Shown: positions 9,649 through 19,458 of the stretch, piece after piece
Layout of the letters: each line of letters begins with the position of its first letter
Position numbering within the stretch: the stretch's first letter is position 1
NCBI GenBank assembly: GCA_022601635.1
Contig: JAJACG010000009.1
Span: 6,081-70,080 of the forward strand
Source: Chlamydiales bacterium
Lineage (GTDB): Bacteria > Chlamydiota > Chlamydiia > Chlamydiales > JAAKFR01
Direction: 5' to 3'
DNA: 64,000 nucleotides
The notes under the pieces: model-generated
Databases searched by the model: none
What the model saw: only the letters and a program-made list of their open reading frames with translations
What the model was told of the DNA's origin: nothing
Made by a program: the position numbers and the translations under genes

Positions 9649-10565
9649 CGATAAAAGCCCTCGATCACACTCTCAAGAGAGGGCCCCTCTATCGTCAAAT
9701 CACAAATAGAAAAGCGTTTCATCAACTCCTCCACCACAACATTGACGCTGCTTCTGTCCAAATCGATTTCACAGACAAGGCGGTGATTCTCACTCTCGAT
9801 CATCTTCACACCCTCCAGCTCAATGCTGCCTTTTGCTTCTTGCAACACAGCAGTCACAATCCGAGTGCGTAGGTAGTTCTTCTTCATGCTGTCAACTGAG
9901 TCATCCACCACTAAGCTACCCTTGTTGATCAAGATAACGCGATCACAGAGCCGCTCAACATCGTCTGTGTCATGAGAGGTGAGTAGAAGCGTGCAGCCAA
10001 GCTCCTTGCACATGGTGCGCAAAAGGTCGCGAATCATTGCCTTGGCCGTGATATCTAAGCCAATCGTCGGCTCATCCAAAAAAACCATCTGAGGCGTATG
10101 TAAAAAGCTGGCCAAAAGTTCACAGCGCATTCTCTCTCCCAAAGAGAGCTGACGCACAGGTTTTGCTATCAGATGGCTCACACCAAAAAGCTCCACAAGC
10201 TCATCTTTGCGCTTCAAATAGGCCGCTTTTTCCAGCCCATAGATCGCAGCCAGTAGATCAAAGGACTCCTGAACTGGCAGATGAAACCAGAGTTTGGAGC
10301 AGTGACCAAAGAGCACACTCATCTGACTAGCTAGCTTTTTACGCTGCTTGTGTGGATCGAATCCTAGAATAGAGATGTCGCCCGTAGTGGGCTGCATCAC
10401 ACCTGTTAACATCTTGATAGTAGTTGATTTGCCGGCACCATTAGGACCAATAAAGGCAACACACTCCCCCTTTGGAATAGAGAAGGAAAGAGAGTCAACA
10501 GCGACAAAGTCGCCTTTTTTAGAACGGAATTTTTTTTGTAGGTTGGAAACTTTTACAGCACTCAT
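9645..10565 (-). CDS. ABC exporter ATP-binding subunit (DrrA-like)
   Basis: Walker A GPNGAGKST, signature LSLGERMR, Walker B VFLDEPT, LTSH. Confidence 0.92.
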   Translation of the reverse strand: MSAVKVSNLQKKFRSKKGDFVAVDSLSFSIPKGECVAFIGPNGAGKSTTIKMLTGVMQPTTGDISILGFDPHKQRKKLASQMSVLFGHCSKLWFHLPVQESFDLLAAIYGLEKAAYLKRKDELVELFGVSHLIAKPVRQLSLGERMRCELLASFLHTPQMVFLDEPTIGLDITAKAMIRDLLRTMCKELGCTLLLTSHDTDDVERLCDRVILINKGSLVVDDSVDSMKKNYLRTRIVTAVLQEAKGSIELEGVKMIESENHRLVCEIDLDRSSVNVVVEELMKRFSICDLTIEGPSLESVIEGFYR

Positions 10566-10590
10566 GCCTCAAGAGTTTACACCCCCTTAA

Positions 10591-12087
10591 TCAAAGCTGC
10601 AACTTATTAAATGCTGTTTGTAGATTTTGATCGCATTGCAATCCTGGGAAATCGTTCGGGTGGCCTAAAGGGTCTTTTGCAAGTAGCTCTTTTAGATCGC
10701 TTTCGAACGTTGCCTTTTTGATTGGACGTCCCCACCCTCGCTTTGTAGCAAGCTCACAGTTATACTCCTCCCAAAAGGAGGTACCTGGAACAAAAAAGAG
10801 CTGAGTACCAGTGGCAATTCCCTCACTTGTAGAACCACCTCCTGGCTTCGTGATATAGACATCAGCTCGTTTAATGTAAGCTCCCATACGCGCAGCACCA
10901 TCGACGTAGCCAATAGGATGGAAATTGTCCCCAAGAGCTCGAATATCGTCTTTCAACTTATCATACATCTTGGCACAAAGAGCAAATACATGAACCGTCT
11001 CATTAAATTGAATGCCTTTGATTTTTTCACAAATCGTCTTGATTCTCGGACTTCCAGCTCCTCCCATACAGATTGTGATCACCTTGCCATCTACCTGAGT
11101 GATTTGTCCCATCTCATTGTTGATCTCATGTTGATCTCCTTGAAATGGAGGAGGCAGAAGAGCTCCAATCTCTAAGATATTGGTGACACCTCTTTTTTCA
11201 AGTCGTGCACGCTCCTCCTCGTCACTAGGGAGCATCATCCCAACCGAAAGATGGGATCCAGCTTGACTGACACCGGTCAAAAAGTGCTCTGAATAGTAGT
11301 CGGTACCCAAGACCCAAAATGGAATATTCAGTTTGGCCGTCTCATCATGGATATAGGAGTTTCCAATCGGTTGAACGCTGATCACCAGCTGCGGCTTGTA
11401 GTGATAGAGAGTGCGCACCATCACCTCACCAACAGAGTGAAAGGCGCCGACCGCATCACCTATTCCCTGTCCCTTCACCAAGACTTTCTGTAACCCTATC
11501 CAATCTCTTTTCTGACAGCGATTATAGACACCTGTGGTCATAGCATCACTATCAACAGAAATGAGCGTAACTTGAGCCCTAGCATCCAAAGCGCGTGCAA
11601 CCGCTTTTGCAGCCGACTTATGCCCTCCTCCCCCATTCGAAAAAAAGACTACAACACGCGGCTTAGCTGTCTCCCAGCGAGTGCCCGGCATTGAGGGAGA
11701 GTCCCCCACCTTGAAAGCTGGAGTCTCATTTTCTGTTTGTTCAGCAATCCACAACCTCTTCTGCTTATCAAACTCTCGCTTCCGCAGCTTCTCCACTCCA
11801 AAGCGAATAGCAAGTCCCGTGACTAGTGTGACAGCAGCAAAAGAACCAACCACATAGAGCTGGTATTCTGTCAGTCCCCTGGCCCATACCACTGCCCTAG
11901 ATGTCATAGGAATCACTCTGCCAATCAAAAGGCCACCCGCAACAAGCTCCGCTGTAAGAGCAACTGTACCAATAACGATCAAAACTGTTGATGTCGTCTT
12001 CGCAGCACTACGAGCCATTCCATCCTTAGGAGCTCCCCAAGGACTGGCTGTCATACTTAATGTGACTTCATTTGCTAAACCACCCAT
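10591..12087 (-). CDS. MGDG-synthase/GT28-like glycosyltransferase with N-terminal bilobed hydrophobic domain
   Basis: SNGGGGHKSAA, MGGAG and ITKPGGGSTSE motifs; two N-terminal hydrophobic stretches. Confidence 0.7.
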   Translation of the reverse strand: MGGLANEVTLSMTASPWGAPKDGMARSAAKTTSTVLIVIGTVALTAELVAGGLLIGRVIPMTSRAVVWARGLTEYQLYVVGSFAAVTLVTGLAIRFGVEKLRKREFDKQKRLWIAEQTENETPAFKVGDSPSMPGTRWETAKPRVVVFFSNGGGGHKSAAKAVARALDARAQVTLISVDSDAMTTGVYNRCQKRDWIGLQKVLVKGQGIGDAVGAFHSVGEVMVRTLYHYKPQLVISVQPIGNSYIHDETAKLNIPFWVLGTDYYSEHFLTGVSQAGSHLSVGMMLPSDEEERARLEKRGVTNILEIGALLPPPFQGDQHEINNEMGQITQVDGKVITICMGGAGSPRIKTICEKIKGIQFNETVHVFALCAKMYDKLKDDIRALGDNFHPIGYVDGAARMGAYIKRADVYITKPGGGSTSEGIATGTQLFFVPGTSFWEEYNCELATKRGWGRPIKKATFESDLKELLAKDPLGHPNDFPGLQCDQNLQTAFNKLQL

Positions 12088-12132
12088 AGTGAGTATTTTA
12101 GCATATTTTTAAGAAAAAAACAGAGATTATAA

Positions 12133-12585
12133 TTATGATTTTACAAAAAGACCAATGAGCTCACACTTTGCGAGGATATGGCCCTCCATTTGAGCCTCCA
12201 CCTCTTTTTTGGTGGCACCTTTTGGTAAGTCAATTTTTGAATCCAGCGCATAGAGTTTGAAAAAGTAGCGATGCTCTTTGTCAGGGGGGCAGGGGCCGAT
12301 GTAGCCATCTTCGCCACCACTATTGCGTCCGAGGGTGCCAAAGGGGGGGGCATCTTCAGCGATGGAGGTTGTTTTGGGGTCGATATTGAAGACGACCCAG
12401 TGGTCATACATGCAGTCGGCGCGCACCTCAGGCGGAACATCGGGGTCATCCATGATCAGAGCTAGGCTGATTGCCCCTTCAGGGACAGCGGAGATTTCCA
12501 GCGGTGGATTGATATCACTCCCTTGGCAGCTGTAGAGTTTGGGGATGGATCCTTGATGTTCGAAAACAAAGCTTTTGAGTTGCAT
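12133..12585 (-). CDS. YbhB/YbcL family (PEBP) protein
   Basis: LALIMDDPD, HWVVFNI, YIGPCPP...HRYFFKLYALD. Confidence 0.9.
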   Translation of the reverse strand: MQLKSFVFEHQGSIPKLYSCQGSDINPPLEISAVPEGAISLALIMDDPDVPPEVRADCMYDHWVVFNIDPKTTSIAEDAPPFGTLGRNSGGEDGYIGPCPPDKEHRYFFKLYALDSKIDLPKGATKKEVEAQMEGHILAKCELIGLFVKS

Positions 12586-12594
12586 GGTTCGATG

Positions 12595-13917
12595 CTATGC
12601 AGCAGTTTCATTTTCTTCAAGAAAATAGCTATTACTCTCTTGGATCACCTCTTTAGAGAGACCAAAGATACCGACAAGGTTGACAAGAGTCATCAAAGCG
12701 AGCGCAACGTCAGCGAGTGCCCAGACAAAGCCCACTTCAAAGAGGGCGCTGATAGGGATGAGGCAGACAAAGAGTAGGCGGAAGATTTTGATAACACGGC
12801 AGCCAACTAAGAAGCCAACAGCGCGTTCATAGCAGCAGGCCCACGCCAAAATGGTTGTGTAGCCAAAGAGAAGAAGGGCGACATTGACAATGGCGCTTCC
12901 CCACGTCTTTGAGATACCCACCTGGAAGGCGTGCACCACCATCTGCGTGCTCAAAAGACCTACTTGATCTGCACCCGTCACAATCAAAACGAGCGCTGTA
13001 ATGGTGCAGACGATCATCACTAAAAGCGGAGCCACAAGAGCAACCGCGCCATCAATCACATGGTGCTTACTGCGCGCTCCCGCTTGTAAAATAGGCACAT
13101 AGCCTGTGCCCACATCAGTGGCAAAAAGTGCGCGGCCAATACCTGTTGAGACTACCTGCATGATGCCAAACCCAAGCGCTCCACCCGCTAAAGAATCGAA
13201 AGAGAAGGCGCTCTTGAACATCAAGCCAAAGGCTGGAAGTAACTCCGGCAGATGGCGTCCCAAGATGAATAGAGCACTACCTAAATAGAGAATCGCCATG
13301 AAGGGGATGACCAAAGAGGCCACTCTTGCCACCTTCTTGACACCGCCAACCAAAACAACTCCAACCAAAGCGGCTAAAACAGAACCTGTCACAATCGGCT
13401 TAACACCCCACATCGACATAGAGAGAGCGACGCTATTGATCTGGCAAAAAATACCGACAGAGATCGAGCCTAAAATTACAAAGAAGGCAAAGAGTATGGC
13501 GAGCCAATTTTGACCTAATCCCTTTTGAAGGTAATACATGGGACCTCCCACATATTCACCATTCTCATTCTCTTGCCGATATTTGACCCCGAGAAGGCAG
13601 CTTGCATATTGGATGATGGAGCCGAAAAAGGCCATGATCCACATCCAAACAAGAGCGCCAGGACCTCCCATCATCAGAGCGACAGCCATCCCTGAAATAT
13701 TTCCAGTACCAAAATTTCCAGCTAGGACACTCGAAACGGCCTGATAGTGAGAGATATCCCCCTCAGCTCCCCTGTTTCTCCTAAATAGATGAGAAAAGCC
13801 GAGCTTTAGCTTGCCAAACTGCAAAAAACGGAGGCGTACAGTGAGATATACACCCAGGAAAATGAGCGCTGGGAGTAGCAAGTAGCCGGTCAGGAGCTGA
13901 TTCAAAAAATGCAGCAT
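12595..13917 (-). CDS. Alanine/glycine:cation symporter (AGCS family)
   Basis: GTGNISG, GGPGALVWMW, GGPMYYL; about 10 TM segments. Confidence 0.88.
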   Translation of the reverse strand: MLHFLNQLLTGYLLLPALIFLGVYLTVRLRFLQFGKLKLGFSHLFRRNRGAEGDISHYQAVSSVLAGNFGTGNISGMAVALMMGGPGALVWMWIMAFFGSIIQYASCLLGVKYRQENENGEYVGGPMYYLQKGLGQNWLAILFAFFVILGSISVGIFCQINSVALSMSMWGVKPIVTGSVLAALVGVVLVGGVKKVARVASLVIPFMAILYLGSALFILGRHLPELLPAFGLMFKSAFSFDSLAGGALGFGIMQVVSTGIGRALFATDVGTGYVPILQAGARSKHHVIDGAVALVAPLLVMIVCTITALVLIVTGADQVGLLSTQMVVHAFQVGISKTWGSAIVNVALLLFGYTTILAWACCYERAVGFLVGCRVIKIFRLLFVCLIPISALFEVGFVWALADVALALMTLVNLVGIFGLSKEVIQESNSYFLEENETAA

Positions 13918-13970
13918 AGAGATCCATTATACCAGCTCTTTTGATAGATCACAACGCGTTAAAAATTTTA

Positions 13971-14528
13971 CTACATATCGTAACGTCCACTGTCATCCTT
14001 TCTTGGGACATAGCGGATCAGTTGGTCAATGAATAGATCCCAGTTCTTGCTTCTCACAGCTGGTAGAACAACGGGTACTGAAATCTCTAATTTAGAGGTA
14101 AAATCTTGCAAAAAGGGCATTACATTGTTGATCTGCGCCTCTGTTGACAAGGTCTGCTTAATGCCACCCACGAAGTTGGACCAAACCCAGCCTTTCCCAC
14201 GGATATTGCGCACTCCCACTTTGAGCTCTTCATTTGTAAAGACTGCCAGTAGGAAATTTAATGGATGTACATGGTCGATGCGATCGCCAGCAGACTCTAG
14301 AGCATAGCGCTCTTTTGCAATGGAAACCAGCGACTTGTCAGCCAGTGTGAGCACGATAAATTGAATATCGGCAAACTCCTCTTCACTAAATCCAATTGAG
14401 TAATCGCGTGGATAGCCAAGTGGCCCTCCCCTTTTAGTTTCAGCTCGGCCATTCCAAAATGAGGCTTGCTCAATATTGGTTGCACAAAGTGTGAATGGCA
14501 TGAGAATTAGGAGTGCTAGCTTATACAT
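13971..14528 (-). CDS. Conserved chlamydial hypothetical exported protein (paralog A)
   Basis: Signal-like N-terminus; RIDHVHPLNFL..VF motif shared with the neighbour. Confidence 0.6.
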   Translation of the reverse strand: MYKLALLILMPFTLCATNIEQASFWNGRAETKRGGPLGYPRDYSIGFSEEEFADIQFIVLTLADKSLVSIAKERYALESAGDRIDHVHPLNFLLAVFTNEELKVGVRNIRGKGWVWSNFVGGIKQTLSTEAQINNVMPFLQDFTSKLEISVPVVLPAVRSKNWDLFIDQLIRYVPRKDDSGRYDM

Positions 14529-14530
14529 GT

Positions 14531-15064
14531 TTATTCCTTATTTGCTGGAAAGGTTTCAAAAAGGTGGGCAAGAAGAGCATCCCAGTTGCTGTGAAAAATC
14601 CATTCCATGGTTGCCTCAAATTCAATCTGCAAAACATCACAAAAGTGTTGTACATACTCGGGACGCACATTGTCACGCTCTACCTCTTCATCGAGCGACC
14701 GTTTGACACGCACATAGAAGTGACGCCAGAGCCAATTCTTGCTATACATGCGATGGATACAATCAACAAGCTCCTGATCAATAAAGACGTGCATAATAAA
14801 ATTAAGAGGATGCACTTTGTCTACACGAAGCATAGCTGCTTGTAGGTTGACGCGATCTGCCAATATTTCGGAGAAGGAATTGTAGGCTAGTGAGCGCAAA
14901 GAGTAGCGCAGATCCTCGAGTTGCGTTTCAGAGATTCCTAGTTCGAAGCTGCGCTGATTTATCTCTGTAGTGCTATAGCTACCAGCATAGGGAAGATACT
15001 GCATAGCGGTTAGTTTTGTGGTCAATATAACGGCAATGAAAAGAGGTAGAAGATGTGGGCGCAT
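14531..15064 (-). CDS. Conserved chlamydial hypothetical exported protein (paralog B)
   Basis: Signal-like N-terminus; RVDKVHPLNFI..VF and NWD motifs shared with 13971..14528. Confidence 0.6.
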   Translation of the reverse strand: MRPHLLPLFIAVILTTKLTAMQYLPYAGSYSTTEINQRSFELGISETQLEDLRYSLRSLAYNSFSEILADRVNLQAAMLRVDKVHPLNFIMHVFIDQELVDCIHRMYSKNWLWRHFYVRVKRSLDEEVERDNVRPEYVQHFCDVLQIEFEATMEWIFHSNWDALLAHLFETFPANKE

Positions 15065-15182
15065 GATTGCACTCCTCGCGGTGAATGGTTTGAAAGCCTC
15101 TGTTTTAAGAAAATACTAAGGGTAGTCTAATTTTTTCTGCAAGCTTGTTGTTTGATTTTTACTATGGTAGGATGGATCGTTT

Positions 15183-15947
15183 ATGCGTTTTTCCTTTTTG
15201 CTTCTTCTTTTTTTAGAAGGCGTACTTCTTGCGAAAAGTCTACCTCCCAACATTTTGGATGTAGGTCCTGAGGTCTACTATTTGCGTCGCCAAAGAGCTG
15301 GTGGAACGAAGCAGACGGCGCGCATGGATGGGATTTTTGTTGATTATGACCGCCTGCATCGCTACAGCTGGTATTTTGGTGGTAGCTATAGTTATGCGCA
15401 GGGTCGTTTGAAGGGGCATTCGGGTTCACAATCAGACATATTGTCTACATTAACGGACAAGCTATGGGAATTGCGCTTTGGGTACAACTTTCAGAGGAGG
15501 GGTGAGAGTGGTTACTTTGTGGCGCCTTATGGTGGCTATGGTCGTTTTGATGAGGTGAATGACTTTCATCCTCCGACACCGCTGCTCTTTAAATTCCATA
15601 ACAGCTTCAATTTTGTGTCTGTGGGCTTTTTGTCTGGAGTGAATTTATCGCCTCTGTTTAGTATGTGGATAAATTTCAAAATGAAGTTCATGCTCAATGG
15701 CGAAACGAAGGTAACCGACGATCCTGTGATGGGCGATAGCACTCTTCTGATGAATAATGAGGTTCTGGCTCGCATTGAGGTGCCGCTGATTTTTTCTCCT
15801 CCATCTGTACGGATGGGGCTTGAGTTTGTGATGGAGCCATTTTATGAGTTTCGCCATTACGGAGGGCGAGAGGGATTTCCTTTTGATTACATAGATACGA
15901 AATATAACCTCTACGGGGCGAATTTTGCATTACGGAAGCGCTACTAG
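15183..15947 (+). CDS. Putative outer-membrane beta-barrel protein
   Basis: Signal peptide, alternating aromatic/Gly beta-strands, C-terminal aromatic residue (YGANFALRKRY). Confidence 0.6.
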   Translation: MRFSFLLLLFLEGVLLAKSLPPNILDVGPEVYYLRRQRAGGTKQTARMDGIFVDYDRLHRYSWYFGGSYSYAQGRLKGHSGSQSDILSTLTDKLWELRFGYNFQRRGESGYFVAPYGGYGRFDEVNDFHPPTPLLFKFHNSFNFVSVGFLSGVNLSPLFSMWINFKMKFMLNGETKVTDDPVMGDSTLLMNNEVLARIEVPLIFSPPSVRMGLEFVMEPFYEFRHYGGREGFPFDYIDTKYNLYGANFALRKRY

Positions 15948-15973
15948 AGATAGAGAAGAGATGGATTACCTAA

Positions 15974-17056
15974 ATGGAAGATTTCTACCACCGCCTAAGC
16001 TATAGCTTTGGCAATGAAGATTGGGAAACAGAGAAACGAGCGCTTAAAATTCAGAAGGGTGATCACGTATTATGTGTGACAGCGAGTGGTGATCGTCCTT
16101 TGAATTTGTTGACCCAGGAGTGTGGTCAGATTACCTCTGTGGACACCAATGGGATGCAAAATGCGCTGCTTGACTTGAAGCGAGTGGCTTTAGAGAGGCT
16201 TCCCTATGATGAATATTTACGTTTTTTGGGGATGAAAGATGCCTCTGATCGTATGCAGACCTACTCCGCATTTTCTGCGGATTTGGATCCTAAGTCTCAC
16301 GCTTTATGGATGCGTCATAAGCGCGCGATCAAGCGGGGGGTGATTTTTCAAGGTGCGATAGAAAGGCGCACGAAGATGGTGACATTTTTGGTCAATTTGA
16401 CGAGGAGGCGCAAAGTGAAGCGCCTCTTTTCTTTTGACAATGTTCAGGAGCAGCGCGACTTTGTGGACAAGAGTTTTGAGACTAAGTCGTGGCGGAATTT
16501 GATTGATCTTCTTCTAAAACCGCGTCTGACCCGGATATTTTTGAGTGATCCTGGGCTCTACGAATATGTGGATTCCAAGATCAATGCGGGGACCTACATT
16601 CATGACCGTCTTCACTCTGCATTGGGCCAATTTCCAGCAAAGCAGTCCCCTCTTTTATCGATGATTTTGCGAGGCTATGTTGACCCAGACCATCTACCTC
16701 CCTACCTGACCCAGGCGGGTGTAGAGCAGATCAGACCGCGCCTGGATCGCTTGAAGATTGAGACTGCAGATCTGATCTCTTTCTTAGAGAACTCTCCAGA
16801 AAACAGTTATGACTGCTTCTCGCTTTCTGATGTGGCTTCATACGTGCCATACGAGGCATTTGAGCGGATGGTAAAGGCGGTTCAGCGCTGTGCCAAGCCG
16901 GGAGCGCGTTTTTCTATTCGCCAATTCATGACGAATTATGAGATGCCGAGCAGTGTGGCGAACTTTTTTGAGCGAGATAGGGAGCTTGAGGAAAAGCTAT
17001 CGAAAGAGGATCGCTGTTTTGTCTACCGCTTCATGACAGGCACAATCAAGAAGTAG
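15974..17056 (+). CDS. DUF3419/BtaA-like SAM-dependent transferase
   Basis: YSFGNEDW..E, VLCVTASGD, VDTN..QNALL.LK, FSLSDVASY, EDRCFVY. Confidence 0.75.
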   Translation: MEDFYHRLSYSFGNEDWETEKRALKIQKGDHVLCVTASGDRPLNLLTQECGQITSVDTNGMQNALLDLKRVALERLPYDEYLRFLGMKDASDRMQTYSAFSADLDPKSHALWMRHKRAIKRGVIFQGAIERRTKMVTFLVNLTRRRKVKRLFSFDNVQEQRDFVDKSFETKSWRNLIDLLLKPRLTRIFLSDPGLYEYVDSKINAGTYIHDRLHSALGQFPAKQSPLLSMILRGYVDPDHLPPYLTQAGVEQIRPRLDRLKIETADLISFLENSPENSYDCFSLSDVASYVPYEAFERMVKAVQRCAKPGARFSIRQFMTNYEMPSSVANFFERDRELEEKLSKEDRCFVYRFMTGTIKK

Positions 17057-18065
17057 AAAATAGGCTAGCCACTTTCCAAAAGAGTCGGCGAGCCCATGGT
17101 AAATGATTGAAGTAGATGGCAGCATACTCTTTGTGTGCCTTCATTCCGCGAAAGAGTTTAGTGGTCTCTCCTCCTGAGCCTTCATTTAGTGAGACATTGA
17201 GATTTTCTGCCTCTTTTAGGATGGATGTTGTGAGAACGCGGTAGGTATCGCGATGATTTTGGGCTGCAATATCATATCCAACAAGTGGAACGGTCATTCT
17301 CTTCTCTTTGATTTGGTAGGCAAAAAAACCGACCAGTTCACTATTTTGGTAGATAGCGCGTAGAGTTAGAAATTGATTTTCTACAGCGTGCTTTAGAAAT
17401 TCGGCACTATAATGGGGACAGTAGCCGGTGTGTTTGTCTCTGTAGACGCGGTTATACAACCAGATAAGTTTTGCATAATCTTCGGAGTCACCAATGTAAT
17501 AGCTCTCCGCTTGCATCAACCTTTCATCACGTCTGCGATGGTAAGCTGGTTTTTTTTCTAACTTGTGCGGCTGATAGTAGAGGATCTCTCGTGAGTAGAA
17601 GGTGGCATAGCCGCTGCTGCGCAAGCGCTGCAATAGGGCGAGGCCATCTGCCTCATTAATATAGCGCATCATGATGAGATGTGTGGGAAAGTGCTGTTGC
17701 AAAAATCTGGTGACGGCTTGGACCTGCTCCGAGGATAGATTTGGATATAGAGTATTGGAGAGTAGTTGGTTATTGATGATAACTGTACGGTTGATCTGAA
17801 TTCCCTTGTATAGAAGAGCAATAACTGCGGTCAGGGGGCGTATCCACTTCGACAGAGATAGTCGTATCTGTTTGACGGAGTAGTAATTGGAGGTGATATA
17901 GGAGTTTTTGTACTCCTTCTCATTGATGGTAATGGGAAACAGATGTTGATCGACTCTGAGAAATAGTAGTTTGGTTTGGATATTGGAGATGTAGTGTTTG
18001 ACCCCTTTTTGGGCGAGGGGATACCAAAAGGGATCTTGCGCTTCACAGAACTCAACTATGCTCAT
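17046..18065 (-). CDS. GNAT/FemAB-like acyltransferase
   Basis: INNQLLSNTLYP, LYNRVYRDKH...PHY, VPLVGYD, GSGGETTKLFRG. Start set at MSIVEF; upstream extension to 18134 is possible. Confidence 0.55.
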   Translation of the reverse strand: MSIVEFCEAQDPFWYPLAQKGVKHYISNIQTKLLFLRVDQHLFPITINEKEYKNSYITSNYYSVKQIRLSLSKWIRPLTAVIALLYKGIQINRTVIINNQLLSNTLYPNLSSEQVQAVTRFLQQHFPTHLIMMRYINEADGLALLQRLRSSGYATFYSREILYYQPHKLEKKPAYHRRRDERLMQAESYYIGDSEDYAKLIWLYNRVYRDKHTGYCPHYSAEFLKHAVENQFLTLRAIYQNSELVGFFAYQIKEKRMTVPLVGYDIAAQNHRDTYRVLTTSILKEAENLNVSLNEGSGGETTKLFRGMKAHKEYAAIYFNHLPWARRLFWKVASLFSTS

Positions 18066-18366
18066 TGCTAAAACGTCCTGAGTTTTGACAGAGGTGGATG
18101 AGAGCAACGGTGCATAATGCTGTGAAGCAGCCACCTACTGCGACCACAAAGTAGCTATTGATTTCTCCTATTTCGCAAAATTTTTCCAAAAAAAGAGCTC
18201 CAGGCGGCAGTTTGCCTGCAAAGCCGCAGATGGCAAAGGCTCCAGCGAGTGTGATGAGAATACCGACAGCGAGTCCTGTGATAGTGATGAAATATTGGCA
18301 TGGGGAGGGTTTGTAATACCCTGGGAAAGATCCCAGTCCATTTCCACTAGCTACTTCGCTGCTCAA
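18052..18366 (-). CDS. Small membrane protein with bilobed hydrophobic domain (Inc-like)
   Basis: Ser/Gly-rich N-terminus followed by two hydrophobic segments. Confidence 0.45.
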   Translation of the reverse strand: MSSEVASGNGLGSFPGYYKPSPCQYFITITGLAVGILITLAGAFAICGFAGKLPPGALFLEKFCEIGEINSYFVVAVGGCFTALCTVALIHLCQNSGRFSNEHS

Positions 18367-18421
18367 TCCAACTCCAATTCATATTTTTAGAGATGAACTA
18401 TAGCAAAAAACTCTCTTCACA

Positions 18422-19411
18422 TCAACGTGTGAGTGCGGTCAGGATTTTTCTTTTCCCTGAGAAGGGAGCTCTTCCATGCATGGCGATGACATTGTCTAGG
18501 ATGACCATATCATTTTTCTGCCATGGGTAGGAGATGGTGCAGTCATCGAGTGTCCGCATCACTTTATAGAGGTCGGTTCGTTTGATTGCGCTCTTGTCGC
18601 CATAGGTGATTTCATGCATCACGGTGTGCGGCCTAGCGTAGATCACTTTGGTGCCGATGTAGTTCCAAAATCCAACTAATTTGGGATTGTAGTCGTACAG
18701 GTGTGCTTGGTTAAACCAGATGAGTTCGCCTGTGCTCTCATGTTTCATGAGAGCGGGTCTTTTTTGAACGATCTGCACCCACTGCTTGCGCCACTGGTAT
18801 TCAAAGTCTTGTTCTTGACACATCTTTTCAACAGCGCTTTTATCTTCAGTTTCGAATACTTCTGTCCATCGTTTGTGTGCTCGGGCAAATTTATTGATTA
18901 GATCGAGCAAAATATCATGCTTATAGTAGTTGGAAATGTAGCGCAGTCCTTTTTCTTCAAACTGTTTACGTATTGAGGGGTCCATTTTTTGAGCAATTTC
19001 TCTGGCGTCTCCTATGATCGTGGCGCCACCTGAGGCTGCTGCGGTATCGCAGTAGAAGTAGATATGTCTTGGGTAGTTTTTGATGAAGCTCATTTCGTTG
19101 TGGAGTGGAATTTTGAGTTTAGGTGGAGCTTCGGTTGAGGTGTAGACTTTGCCTTTGACTTTATCGCGTGGTGAGTCACCGCCGATGTAGTTGAGCTGTT
19201 TTCCGAGGTTGAGTGTTTCGATGACTTTATTGAATCCAGTGGCGCCCTCGATTGGAAAACCTCGCAATAGGATGCCACCGAACTTGGTGATTTTGCTACT
19301 TAGGCTCTCTCGATTGTCTTCGATATATGTGAGTAGCTCATCGAAGGTCATTTTTTTTGTGGGTTGGATGACAAGTGGGAGCTGCTGTTTATTGAGGAAG
19401 GATTCTTTCAT
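18422..19411 (-). CDS. TauD/TfdA-family Fe(II)/2-oxoglutarate dioxygenase
   Basis: GGILLRGF, PLHNEMSF (HxE), WFNQAH, DNVIAMHGRAPFSGKR. Confidence 0.85.
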   Translation of the reverse strand: MKESFLNKQQLPLVIQPTKKMTFDELLTYIEDNRESLSSKITKFGGILLRGFPIEGATGFNKVIETLNLGKQLNYIGGDSPRDKVKGKVYTSTEAPPKLKIPLHNEMSFIKNYPRHIYFYCDTAAASGGATIIGDAREIAQKMDPSIRKQFEEKGLRYISNYYKHDILLDLINKFARAHKRWTEVFETEDKSAVEKMCQEQDFEYQWRKQWVQIVQKRPALMKHESTGELIWFNQAHLYDYNPKLVGFWNYIGTKVIYARPHTVMHEITYGDKSAIKRTDLYKVMRTLDDCTISYPWQKNDMVILDNVIAMHGRAPFSGKRKILTALTR

Positions 19412-19458
19412 TGTGTCTCTCCTTTTGAGAAGAAGATACTGACCTGGAGAAGAAAAGT

